Shown here piece by piece: positions 12,534-25,140 of a stretch of DNA of 64,000 nt. This stretch comes from Lama glama (lineage: Eukaryota). Numbering within the stretch: the first letter of the stretch is position 1; each line of letters starts with the position of its first letter. The stretch spans positions 4,714,001 to 4,778,000 of the forward strand of contig CM052817.1 in NCBI GenBank assembly GCA_028534125.1, written 5' to 3'. The translations under genes and the position numbers were made by a program. The notes below the pieces were generated by a model. That model was not told where the DNA came from. It made no database searches and worked only from the letters and a program-made list of their open reading frames with translations.

Positions 12534-14029
12534 CTGCAGGCAAAGGGCAAATGTGTTAGCTTGGGCGGTGCACCCCCTCCCCGAGATTAGTGGGGACTCG
12601 CGGGAAAATGAATGTGCCCCTACTTTTCACGTTCCATTAATGTCATGCCCTGTCTGGGCTGCTGTGGTTGGAAGCGTCACCTACACCCATCTCTGTACAG
12701 CCAGGAACTGAGGGGTCAGGCTGCTTGCCCAAGGTCATCCAGTCAGGGGCTCTTAGGCAGGGACCAGATTTTCAACCACTGTGCTCCCTTCAGGGACTCA
12801 CACCCTGTGACATGTCACCTCTCCCTGATGTCTGCAGAGGCTTCCAATTAAAAATAAAAAGAATTAGCCACCTTGTTTCAGGACTTTCAGCTCAGTAACG
12901 GGATACACAAAAGCATAATCAAATTTATCCCTGAACAGCTCTGAGGTGACTTCTGCAGCCTGATGGAGCGGCCCTCATTTGTAGCCCAGGGGACAATTTT
13001 GGCCTCTCCTCAAATAGAGTTTCTGCTAACAATGGGTGATGCTGTTAAGAACACAAACAGCTATACAATATTCTCCTGCATCCAGAGGGGATTATCCGGT
13101 GCAAAGAACACCTGGGCTAAAGATGAAAGCTGGGGTCCAGCCCTGGGACGGCCACTTGGTAGCCGGGTGAGTGGCTGCTCTGCGCGCTTCCTCCTCGGAA
13201 AGCTGGAAGAGTAAAGGTAACTCTTCCACCTCCAGCTCATGGCTCGGACGACACCCGACGGGGACTGGTCAGCACCCGGCATGTGGTACGGCAGGATGCC
13301 ACACCCAGCTGCTGGCAGGTGCGGGCCAGCGTCAGGGCCCCCTGCCAGTCTGCTGCCACCTGCCACCACAGCCAGTGGGCTGGAGTCACACCACGTGAGG
13401 GACACCGGGCAGGGTCCCACCTGCTGATGATCCTGGTGGCCTCTCTCTAGGGGCGGCCCCAGGACGACGGATGTAGATTCAGAGACGCCACCTCAGTGCC
13501 CTGGGCAGGGTGGGGGGTTTCACCTTTCAGGGCAGCAGCTAGTTCCCTGACTCCCTGGGTGAGCGGGACCGGAAGGTGTTGGCGTGTGTAGGGACTACAG
13601 ATGATTCCATTAGCAGCTGGAGTTCAGGACCACTGACGGCCAAATCCAAGCGCTGAATCTCCTCTATAGCAATTTAACTCAGGAGTAATCCCACAAGTCA
13701 TCCACAGTGGTGCAGGGATTAAGAGCTGACATCCGCAGTGTGGAGAGCTAGGATTCAGTTCCTCCCCTGCCCTCGAACAGCCCAGTGTTCTAAGCCTCAG
13801 TGTTCTCATCTCTGCTGTGGGGGTAATGGCAGCACTCCGCTCGCAGGCCTTACTTAGCGAGCAGGGCCGCTGCGTGGCCCGGAACTTAACGTTCCCCCAA
13901 CCAGTGTTGGCTGCTGTCATTCTTTTATTAAAGGTGACTGGTGCCAACCACATGCAAGGCTCGACCCTGTGTCTTCGAAGATTCCGAGTGAGTTTAGCTG
14001 AACACCAGCCTCAGAAGGAGGGCGCCATG

Positions 14030-14210
14030 ACCACGGCCTGTGCGAACTCCAGCCCGCCCTAGGAGCACCCGGAAAGCTTATCAGAACACAGACAAGGGGC
14101 CCGCCCCAGTTTGTAATTCAGAAGGTCTGCAGATTCCAAATGAGGATCGGCATTTCCGATAAGCTCCCAGGTGATGCTGGTCCAGGAACCACACTTGGAG
14201 AATTTCTGCT
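14030..14210. mobile_element. MER5A-like hAT element
   Basis: aattcagaaggtctg...gcatttccgataagctcccaggtgatgctggtccaggaaccacacttggagaa. Confidence 0.7.
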
Positions 14211-14595
14211 TTATTCTAACGGCAATAGTTCCTGGAAAAAGTCAGGAGATGCCCAATTTCTTAAAGCTCAGTGAGTTAAAAGACTATTTATAAAATTTTT
14301 AAGGAACCACGTGCATTAAGTATTTCTAATTATTCAGAGCTTGGAGCAGAGTGAAAAGAGCCTGAGGGCTTTGTCGCCGACAGGACGCCACGCCACACCC
14401 CACTGTCCAGCAGGGGCTTTGCGGTCTTCCTGCGAGACGGTGAGAGCGGACGATGAGGCGCCAGAGCCCTGCTTCCTTTATCATTTCCCCCGCTGTCACG
14501 CCATTCGTCCTCTCACTCCTTAATTCGCTGGCGTGCCTGTTTCTGCACCCGGGGACCAGCTCCCTGGCCGGGTGGGCTGGCGGCTGCCCCCTTAC

Positions 14596-14712
14596 CTTCT
14601 TCAGCAGGGCGACCATGCCCTTGCACCACGTGGACGAGTAGTGGACACGCTCCACCTTGAACATGTTGAGGACCTCGTCGATGGGCGTGGCTGAGTGGAT
14701 TTCATACGGTCT
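14596..14712 (-). CDS. STK32B: STK32B coding exon (117 nt, probably exon 8): [39 protein letters not shown]
   Basis: gggttgcAG|AGA CCG TAT...AAG AAG|GTaagg, phase 0/0; closely matches the recalled human STK32B peptide. Confidence 0.97.
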
Positions 14713-16424
14713 CTGCAACCCAAGGACAACAGGTGGTATCAGAGAGAGCGAGCGCAAGTGGAAGAGCCGCCGACATGGTTAAAGCTGTCATTACACGGCA
14801 TGATTTGTTCTTCCCCTTCAGGTAACGGGGGTGTTCCTCTTACATGGCTGATCTCTCACGGCCCCAGGAGGGTAGGTGACTTGGAAAGGTCACACAGGCT
14901 GTAACCGGCGGAGACAGGACCCACACCCTCAGCCTAGCCCGAGTCCCCACTCTACGCCCAGGCTCTCACCATCCACAGCCCCTCACCTACCGGCGGGCCT
15001 TAGCTGCACCTTCCCTCCCAGGGCCGAGGCAGCCCGGACTGAGCAGGGCCGGGTCAGGGGGAAGGGCGTGGGGAGGCTGGGTCTCTTCCTCCTGCCATCC
15101 CCTCTCCCCTCCGGGGAGGATGCTTAAGCCCTGAAGCCCTGTTCTCTCCCAGTTCCCCAGCTCGGTACAATTCCCCGGCTTGGTAGAGCATTAAACCTCC
15201 TGAAGAGTTCTCCTGACATTGCCTCGGGCAGTTTCTTGCTTCTAAGCACCTCTCAAAGCTCGGGAAGACTTTCTTGACTGGGACCATGGGGAAGAGGCTT
15301 GGACAGTGTCTACACGTCGCCTCACTCCCTCCGACACCCCCCCCCCCACAGAACAGCTCTCTCTGATCCCCTTCATCCTCCACCTGACTGCGTGGTCTGA
15401 GATGCTCTCAGGTTTGCACCGTGGTCACATGACTCAGTGCGAAGGCAGGAAGTTGTTTCCTAAGCAAGTGTGTTTCAACAATAAACTGATCCTGGAGAAA
15501 TCTGGAGGACTGAGCTCACTGTTAACCCACACGAACTTACTCTCTGGTGTGGAATTCCTACTGGGGACCCCTGAAAGGTGGGACTATATCACCCCACCTC
15601 TGTGTTCTCAGGACCCCGAGCAGTGTCTGCCATCCAGCAGGTCCCAGAGCACAACAGTGACACGGATGATGGCCAGTCCACCCACAGCTGTTGACTGAAT
15701 GCTGACCATGAACCTAGACACCATCTGGGCTCCCGTGGTGTGTAAGGCGCCAGCTCCAACCTCATGGAACCTGGATTCCCACGGGGCTGCTGTGAAGAGG
15801 AGGGGCCGACCCAAGGAGGTGAGGCAGTTTTGAGCCCTGGGTGGGCTACGATTCCCGGGAATGAAGGAGCATCTTTATCTTTACCCGGCGCCACCACCCA
15901 CCCACCCCCCCGGCCCGCGGAAGATGACCGCCTACATGGGTGTGCCTGTGCCTCCTGAAAGGGCCTTTTCCTGAGGGGCAGCTTCTCCCTCATCTGTTAA
16001 TTGAATCGGGCATCCCCCTTCTGCCCAGCATGCAAACCCCAAAACTGTGGGCTCCCTAGAAAGTCCAATTAGCTTGATACGCTAACATGCTTTAACGATT
16101 TCTGCAAACATCTTTTCATTTAATGAGAAGTGGAGTATGGTTTCAGTTTTAAAATGTTCAAATTTCTGCCCAGAGCTGCTGCCTGCTTTTGTATGTGCGA
16201 GATCCCTTCGCATTCCACCAGCAACAACAACCGTGACCAGGAATCAGAGTGAACGTGCGCTGACAGTGCTTAGCGCGAGGCCCAGGACTCCCGCGTCTTC
16301 CTCAGTTCGCTACCATGAGTTCGACTTTACAGAAGACGAACCGGCGCCCCAGAGCTGGGATGTGGTCGTGGTAGCACCGAGATGAAAGCTCAGGCAGCGT
16401 GAACCCCCAGCTCGCCCGACCACT

Positions 16425-16805
16425 ACCGTCATGGGCGTATCATCTCCCCCAAATTCGTGTGAACCCCAGCACCTCCGAATGTGACCTTATTTGGAGACAG
16501 AGTGTTTACAGAAGTAATCAAGTCAACATGAGGTCAACCCAGTGTGACTGCAGTGCTTATCAACAGGGGAAACCTTCCAAAATGGGGCACCGAGGACATA
16601 AGGGAGATACGTAGAGGGGACACCCCACAAAGAGACACAGGGAGAAGATGGCCGTCCACACGCAGAGACAGCCTTCAGAAGGCGTCGACCCTTGGACAGC
16701 TTGACCTTGGACTTCCAGCCCTCAGAACCGTGAGAGAACAAGTTTCTGTTGTTCAGCCACCCGGGCTGTCGCATTTTGTCACAGCAGCCCCAGCAGGCTC
16801 CTACA
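16425..16805 (+). mobile_element. MLT1 (MaLR) solo LTR
   Basis: ccccagcacctccgaatgtgaccttatttggagacag...ttggacttccagccctcagaaccgtgagagaacaagtttctgttgttcagccaccc. Confidence 0.8.
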
Positions 16806-17231
16806 ACCCCCTGTGCCGTCCACGCAGAGTTCTGATCAGAGGTGTCTGATTTCCACGTTGCTCCTGGGATGTGCTAGTGTCCTCTGTAGACTGGGCGCCC
16901 GGTGTGAGCAAGACAGCAGAGGCCCTACCCACCTGAGCTCGCTGCCTTGAGGGACACAGCAGTAAGAGGCTTCGGGTGCGGGGTGGGTGCTGGGAGGCAC
17001 TGTCGGGGGTTTAGGGCGCAGAGCAGGGGAAGATGCTGGGTACCAGGGCTTGGCCAGCACCTGAAGACAAGCCGGGGGCTGAGACTTGGGTGTCTGAACC
17101 ACTCAGGATTGCTTCTTATCATCTTTTTGCCTCTCAAAAGGCCATTTCTCTGACTCCCATCCCAGCCCCGCCCTGGAACACAGCGACCACAGGTGGAGGG
17201 CTGTTGGGAGATGACGCAGGCTCACCTACCT

Positions 17232-17400
17232 ATTTATTTACTTTGTTTGTTTGTTTGTTTGTTTATAAGTCTATTTTTATTATTTTGGGGGGAGGCAATT
17301 AGGTTCATTTATTTATGTTTGGAGGGAGCACTGGGGCTTGAACCCAGGACCTTGTGCACACTAAAGTACACACTCTATCACTTGAGCTATCCCTTCCCCC
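17232..17400 (-). mobile_element. tRNA-derived camelid SINE (vic-1-like, long form with (TTTG)n tail)
   Basis: ggggggaggcaattaggttcatttattt...ctggggcttgaacccaggaccttgtgcacactaaagtacacactctatcacttgagctatcccttcccc. Confidence 0.8.
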
Positions 17401-18879
17401 TTCACCTCTTCATTTTAAAGTTTGGGAAACTGAGGCTGGGAGATGAAAAGCGACTTTCCCAACGTCCCACCAAGACCCAGATTCTCCTCCTCTGCCCTTC
17501 CCACCAGAGCCCGGGAACCCAAGCACCCCACTGGAGAACCAGCTAGCTACACGTGTGAAGACATTTATCATTTCCGTTTCATTCTCTGTTTCCTTCTTGG
17601 TTACTTCCAGGCATTCGTGAATTCTGCTTTCCCATCAGACCCTCAAGTCACTCTCTGCCTCTCTGTGGTTCTCTCCACCTCTGAAGGGAACCAGACTAAT
17701 AAAAATAACTATGACGATGATAATGGTAACTATAATAAGCCATGAGGCCAACAGAGCCCTAATCCATTTGGAAATGGACTTGGAGCACTATGGTTAAAAC
17801 CAGCCCTGCCCCTTTAGGCTCCAGGCTCAGCCTTGACCTCTGTGGGTGGCTGTGGAGAAACCCAGGTCCTTCTACAAGAACACCAGCAAATGTGAGGATC
17901 GATACTCCATCTGCTCGTGGTAGGGAATTCTGCTGACGCTTACTTCTCACTGATTGGCCTTAGGATGTGTTGACTCAGAAAACCAAGTGACACACATAAG
18001 GTAAAGTGACTACACGTCCTGCTGGTGAAAGCGGTTTCGGCAGCAGGGCACCGGGTATACCCATTACGCAGTGCGGGTGTGTCACTATTCTGGGAAACTC
18101 AGTTTACAAAACAATTGCCAATTTACCAAGAAATAGAAGAAAGAGGACAAGGACTGCCACAGACCCGTACTTTTAACTGTTAGAGCTGAGCTGGGCCTGG
18201 GGGACCATCTCATCCAGCGTTTTTTCTCCCCAAATCCCAAACACAGAACAGATGAAAGGGAAGAGCAGGTCCTCAGGCTATTTAAACCCCCAAAGTCTGG
18301 AGAAGTATTTCTTCCTCATGAATCACCCCCTGCGGGGTCCTGAAGTTTCAAGAAACATGGCTTGAAAACCCTTCCCAAATGCAGACAGCCAATCCGGAGG
18401 AACGAAATCACAGAGTTCACGTCCGCCCTGGTTTCTGACTCCTGGCACAGTGTTCTACCACAGGTCAAGCAGACAGTGCTCAACCCCAAGGCCGCTCCTC
18501 TCCCTTGGCTGGGCTGATCCACAGGCTCCTCGTCCCTGTGGTCGAGCCCGCCACCTGGCATGAATCCAGTGCCCTTAGTTCTGCCCTCCACCTCCAGGAG
18601 CTCTGGACACCTTCCCTCTACTACCCACCGGCCTCTCCATGCCCCCACCTCCTCTGTGTGCCCAGCCCTAAGGACAGGCGTTGACTGGGGTCAAAGGCAA
18701 GGGTGACACCAGGTGCGGGAGGTGGCTGGGGAGATGCAGAGGCGGTAGAAGTCCTGATGGCACCACAGTGTGGGCTTTCAGGGCTCCACTGCCGTCCGCA
18801 TGAAAAGTACACTCTGCAAGGTCACGGGTCGGTGGCCTGACGTCCAGGATCTCCTTGAGTCGCCTTGATTGCTCTATGA

Positions 18880-19025
18880 CAGTGGTTCTCAAGTGGGGAT
18901 AATTTGTCCCACAGGGGACAGCAGGCAATGATTTGAGACATTTTCGTTGTCATAACTGTGTAGGGGCCATTCCTACTGGCATCTAGTGGGTAGAGGCAGG
19001 GGACGCTGCTCAACACCCTATAAGA
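18880..19025 (+). mobile_element. MER20, 3'-truncated
   Basis: cagtggttctcaagtgggg...ctactggcatctagtgggtagaggcaggggacgctgctcaacacccta. Confidence 0.85.
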
Positions 19026-21319
19026 AATGGGCTCACCTCAGCCAAGCTAGGATTTGGCCCCCGAAACACATGATTCCAAAGCCCAGCCTCTCACTTAACC
19101 TCCCTGCTGATGCTTCCGTGGATGGCACCGCACTACCTATGGCGTGAAGCCAAGTGTCTCCAGCTGGCCTCAGGGTCCTCTCTAGGCAGTTCCCCGACTG
19201 TCCTGACAGCTGGTCAGTCTAAAGCGTTGGCTGTGTCGGCCTCAGCTGCTCTTCCCGATCTCTGCTCACACGGTTCCCTCCAGCAACTCATCTGTGACCC
19301 CACATAAATGCTTCCTCCCTCCCAGAAATTTTCCCTGCTTATCTAAGAATGCCATCAGCACTTCCTGTGCATCTGCCTGTCTCAGAGTCATCCCCACGTG
19401 CCTGTTTATTGAGAGGTCAGCATGCCTCCTGGGTGCGGGCGCCGCCCGTGCACTGCGCACGTTCGCTCCCATAATCCCCCACGTAATGACCCGTGGGCCG
19501 GCCTCATCGTCCCCATCTTATGAAGGAGGCAAACAGGGCTTAGGTGAGTTGAGTGACTGAGGTGCACAGAGTGTGGAAGGGAGCCCAGACCTCTGCTCAC
19601 CGGGCCCTAGGACCTCCCCACTAATGGTCAGCAGCCAGGCATGACTCAGCCTCCACTCCTAGGACCTGCCTCCAGCTTGAGAGATGCTGGGTTGGAAAGG
19701 ATGCAGGCCCCCGGGGTAGGCATCAGAGAGACCAGGGGAAGGCAGCCAACAATGACCAACTGCTGACCATGGATCAGTCCGGGTGCTGGGTTCCCATCAT
19801 GACTTTCTTTCATCTTTGGGGGTTGAGGAGCCCCCTGGATCCTGACGGAAATCAAGGAACAGATGGGTGGTCGCCTGTCAGCGATGCTGCCGCAGACATG
19901 ATGGAGGAATTTCAAGGATGAAGGACCAATTTGAAAGGATCATTTTCAAACAGTCCATGAATAAATATGAGTGTTCTCCAGTTTAGCTTGTTGCCTAAAC
20001 GGACTGCTTCCGGCATTAGAAACAGAACCAACTACCTGCATAAATCCACGCTTCGGCTGAAGAACAACAGACCAAGACACAGCAACACTGACCCCAAGCA
20101 GGCATTCTTGTTCCTTTGCCCCATCCCACCACGCGCCCCGCCCTCTTCCACTGAAAGTGGCATCTGGATTCTTGGGCAGAAAACTCAAATGAATTAAAAA
20201 CGAAACATTTTATCTTGAAGCCCCTGGGGCTTTTTGTCAAGTCATCTTTGATCATTCTGACCTGGGAGGAATGACCGAGAATATGCTTTCTGCTGGCAAA
20301 CGCCCCATCATGCTCAGGTCAGCTGCTCACCAGGGTCGCGTGTATGACTGATTATGTAAGATGAAGAGCGTCTGGCGATGTCTGTGCCCTCTGGTCCATA
20401 CAGATATCCTGGGGACCCTTGTGTTCCGTCCTCAAGCGTGTAAGTCAGGGAGGCAGCACAGGACAAAGGAACCAACCAGGAATAGGTTGGCCTGGGGGAG
20501 AGGAGCCGTTTTCATTCAGTGCCTGAGAAAACTCACAACTGTCATTCATTCATTCATTCATTCATTCCCGCCATTGTCTCCATGCACTGGGAACCCCCGC
20601 CCTCAAGGAGCGCTGTCTCCCCACTCTGAATACGCAGACGACCCTGCGGCAATGTTAAAACTGCAGCCAGTGGGAGGAACTAGCTCTCTGCCGGCTGTGT
20701 GCTGGGCCCTGGAGCTAGAAGGTGAGTTACATGCAAACTGTGCGTCCCTGTCCTGGGGCGTAATAATCCCATGGTAAGTTCAGCTCCCCAGAACAGGCTG
20801 AAAGGAGGTTAGTCGCCCCACTGCGCCGAAGGGGAAGCCCTGCTCCTGAGAGGTTAAGTGGCATCATTTTCAAATGATACTTGTGTGTAAAGAAGACATG
20901 TCTCAAAATTAGTTTGTCATCATTCTTTCTGTTAAAATAAAACTGTGAGTTATTAGTTGCCAAATAGCCCTGTTAGTCATCTTCGGCTATTCAATTTAAA
21001 TGAAACAAAACAAAATTATGTCGTACCGAATGCCCCATTTTTATAGGACACTGAGCTACGTACTGGGAGAAGACTGGAACAAAACCCAAACCAAACAAAC
21101 AAACAAAAAACCAGCTGGAGAGCCACACACGGGTGCACCGCGTCGTGGGTGGGAAAGAGGTCAGCGTCTGAAATCACAGGACCCAGGGGCCTTGGGTGCT
21201 CGAGCTGCCGCTGATCGGCTGCTGGGCTTTGTTCGAGACCCTTCCTCTCCAGACATCCCTTTCCCCACGAGTAGAATGAGGGCTGGACCAGAAGCTTGCT
21301 AAGACCTCCCTAACGCTCA

Positions 21320-21610
<291 letters not shown>

Positions 21611-22096
21611 TCACTACTGTACACCTCAGTTTCCATTCATTGCCCACTGGAGAGAGGATACGGGGCCTGGGACCCCGCATTTTGGATGGCAAGGCCAGTA
21701 CTCCGCCCACTATGCCACGTGGTTCCTGCCCTCCGTAAGCCACGAGCCAGCTGAGAACAAGATGCAGGCATGAGAGGAGACACCGGTGTGACACCTGGGG
21801 CAGAACGCAGAGCATCCCGAGGCGGGTTCCGTGGGGAGAGCCAGGAAAAGCCCAGGAGGACGTGGGTTTGCTGGACCGTGAGTCACGGTCAGCAGGGGGT
21901 GGGTCACATCTGAGTTAAGATGAAGAAACTGCACCCTAAGGGGTCTAGAAACTTGACAAATGTCCCTCTGGCTCTGGTACCGACACGGGATCAGGCATCC
22001 TGACAACCAGGACGGTTAGAGCTCTCTGTGCCTGGCGCCTGACTCAGAAACAACCTTATTTTAGCCCAGGTGGCACCTAATAGGAAACACCCAGAA

Positions 22097-22318
22097 TAAG
22101 AAAATCCACAGAGACAGAAGGCAGGTCAGGGCTGCCAGGCCTGCGGAAGGAGAGGATGGGGAGCGACTGCTCACTCGGGTTCCCCTGGGTGATGAAAATG
22201 CTCTGGAACTCGACAGAGGTGGTGGTGACACAACACTATGAATGCACTAGAGCCACTGTGTTCATTTCAGAACAGTTCATTTTACATTATGTGAATTCCA
22301 TCTCAATTACAAAACAAA
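22097..22318 (+). mobile_element. Old L1 (L1MB-like) 3' end
   Basis: aaatccacagagacagaaggcagg...ggtgatgaaaatgctctggaactcgacagaggtggtggtgacacaacactatgaatgcac. Confidence 0.75.
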
Positions 22319-23534
22319 TGGAGGGTAGAGGCCAGGGTGTGGTGGACACTCTCACTTCAAGGGACCATCGTTGCCCTGCGGGTCTCCTGGCCCTGCCGCA
22401 TCCTAAGCTGGTGGGTGGTGGCTCATCTCACTGCCTCAGCCCCAACTCCTCAGGCAGGAGCGCATCCCAGGCTCTGATTGCTCACATTGGCTTCCAGGAA
22501 AGTTTTGGGAAATGTGCTTAATTTCTAGAAAGTTATTTTGTAGACATACTTCCATTTCACAGGTGTCAGAGCAGCCAAACTGCCTCAGGGAACCAGAACA
22601 TGTTGTGATTAAAGATGTCTTGACTCAGTTTTCAGACAAGCATTCAGATGGCATGGGAGCAGGAAGGGTCAGACAAGGCCGATGAGGGCGCACGTGGATG
22701 CTCGAATCTGGACTCTGGATTGGCACGTGGACACTTGAATCCAATGGGCGGCCAGATCTCAGCTGCCCTCCAGCGACACTCCCCACTGCCTTTGTATTTT
22801 ATAGCACATTCACCCGAGGGTTCTCCTTTCCTCTTCTCAACAACCTCAGGGTCATGTTTTCATTGGACCCATTTCACTGAAGAGGTTCAGAGAGGGACAG
22901 CAGTGTCCAGGAAGTCACACAGCAGGGAGGAGCAAGGCTGAGGTGTGCCTTACACACTGGCCGAACCCCAAGGTGAAATAGGTTCATAGCAACATTTAAG
23001 TGCAAAAACATCCTCAGTCTACATCAGGGGAAGTTGGGACTAGGAGTTGGAGGAAATATTTCTGTGGATTATTTCAATCTCACAAAGAAAGCAAGATGGT
23101 GTGCTGGGAACCAGGAAGGTCAGTGTGGCCAAAGCTGAGTGAACAAGCCTCTTTGCCTCAGTTTTGTAAAATGTGAGCAATAATAACAGTTTATTCACAG
23201 GGTTCTTATGAGGATGAAGGAAAAAATGCATGCTGAGCGCTAAGCCCGGTGCCTGGCTGGTCCACAGTGAATGCTCCAGAAATCCTGGGCCTGGTTTTAG
23301 TAGCAGAATTATCATTCAAACCTCACCTTCTTAGCATGCTTGGCCTCCCCACGGTCCACCCAGGCAGCCTAGGCATCAGCCAAACTTCATCCTTCTCCTG
23401 ACCTGTCAGTCTCCAGACCTGCTGAGTTTTGCATTTCCAACACGTTTTTGTCCATTTCTTCCCATCCAGCCTAGATCAACCTGAATTCAAGGGTGGTGAG
23501 CGTACCTGTTCGTTAAACACCCGGTGAGCAATCT

Positions 23535-23947
23535 GCACCAACATGGATAGACCTAGAGATCATCCTACTAAGTGAAGTAAGTCAGACAGAGAAAGACAAG
23601 TATCGCATGTTATCACTTACATGTGGAATCTGAAAAGAGAAGCCAAATGAACTTATTTACAAAACAGAAACCTACTCGCAGACAAGAAAACAAAGTGATG
23701 GTTACCGAAGGGGAAAGAGGGAGAAGGGATAAATTAGGAGTTTGGGATTAACAGATACAAACCACTATACATAAAATAGATAAACAAGGTCCTACTGCAC
23801 AGCACAGGGAACTATATTCGATGCCTTTTAATAAGCTATAATGAAAAAGAATATGTATATACATGTATAACTGAATCACTATGCTGCACACCAGAAACCC
23901 GCACAACACTGCAAATCAACTAAACTTCAATAAAAAGAAAAAAAAAA
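23535..23947 (+). mobile_element. Cetartiodactyl-type L1 3' end with A tail
   Basis: caacatggatagacctagagatcatcctactaagtgaagtaagtcagacagagaaagac...aatcaactaaacttcaataaaaag; flanks aaacacccggtga/aaacacccagcga resemble a TSD. Confidence 0.88.
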
Positions 23948-24699
23948 ACACCCAGCGAAAAAATACTTGATTTCCTAGCATGCTCTGGGCTCTGAGCTGT
24001 GCTATTTTGCATCTCACGGAGCCTGAGGTTGAGCTCCAGCCTAGAAGGGCTTCCTTCCCCGCATCACAATCTGCGCACTTGTCCTTCCCGCTGTGCTGAG
24101 GGTTCTGCGAGAGAAGGAGGCGCATCGTGCTTGACAGCCGCGGGCCCAGCCCCCTGCTCACACAGCGCAGCAGGCAGGGACGCGCCCTCGAGTGCAGGGG
24201 TGGCGGCGTGCCCGGGTGGTCCCCATACATCCTTGTCATGCCTGGCAGCCCCAAGCCCATTTGGAGCTCAGGGTAGAAGCAGCCACTGAGCCCTTCTGTT
24301 CTGGCTGTCGTGACCAACCAAGTGAGACCTGTCCGCAGCCTGTGACTGCACTCCCCGAGGAGGTGACACTCTTTCCTCTGCTGTGCACTTAGGGCTGAGA
24401 GAACATCAACATTTCTGTCATAATCCCTACGCCACCAACACGACGGCTTTGGTGGCCCGGGTCACAGTGCTTACAAGAGAGGGTATCATACAGGTTTGGA
24501 GCTGGAAGGGCCAGTGCCAGACACATATCTGTCGCCATCAGTTCACATATGGATCAAAGAGTGTGGAGACTGCATTGGGCAGGTGTGGTGTTAGGGACTT
24601 ACTTTATGCACACTACCCGCTTCATCCTCCCAGTCAGCCAATAAGACAGGCACCACAGTGCTCTCCACATTTCGGACGAGGAGGCAGACACGTGAAGTG

Positions 24700-25140
24700 G
24701 GGATGCAGTGGGTGAAGAGTGTCCCCAGAGGCTATGTCCGAGTACTAACCCCAGCACCTGTGGATGGAGCCTTATCTGGAAACAGGGACATTGCAAATGC
24801 AATTAAGCCAAAGACAAGAGATAAAATCATGCCGGATTCCCGGTGGACCCAAAATTCAATGGCGGATGCCTGTATCAGAGAGAGAAGAGGGAGAGCTGAG
24901 ACGCAGGGGCGGCTGTGGGAGGAGGCAGAGCCTCGAGGGTGGTGGCCACGAGCCAAGGAAGCCCTGGAGCCCCAGAAGCTGAAGAGCAAGGAAGCCTCCT
25001 CCCCGAGAGCTCTGAGGGGTCCTGGCTCTTGGGCACTTGGACATTGAACTTTCGGCTTCCAGAACTGCAGGAGAATTAATTTCTACTGCTTCAAAGCCAC
25101 CACATCTGTGGGACTTTGCTGTGCAGCCCTAGGAGACCAG
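24700..25140 (+). mobile_element. MLT1 (MaLR) solo LTR
   Basis: gtactaaccccagcacctgtggatggagccttatctggaaacagggacattgcaaatg...cttccagaactgcaggagaattaatttctactgc. Confidence 0.8.

Noticed and set aside
11558..12559. 333-aa plus-strand ORF, the longest in the track
   Set aside because: Non-ATG start; runs through a decayed L2 and antisense across an STK32B exon; no recognisable domain.
13622..13643. REST/NRSE-like motif ttcaggaccactgacggcc
   Set aside because: Several mismatches fall in the core CAGCACC/GGACAG half-sites, so it is likely chance.
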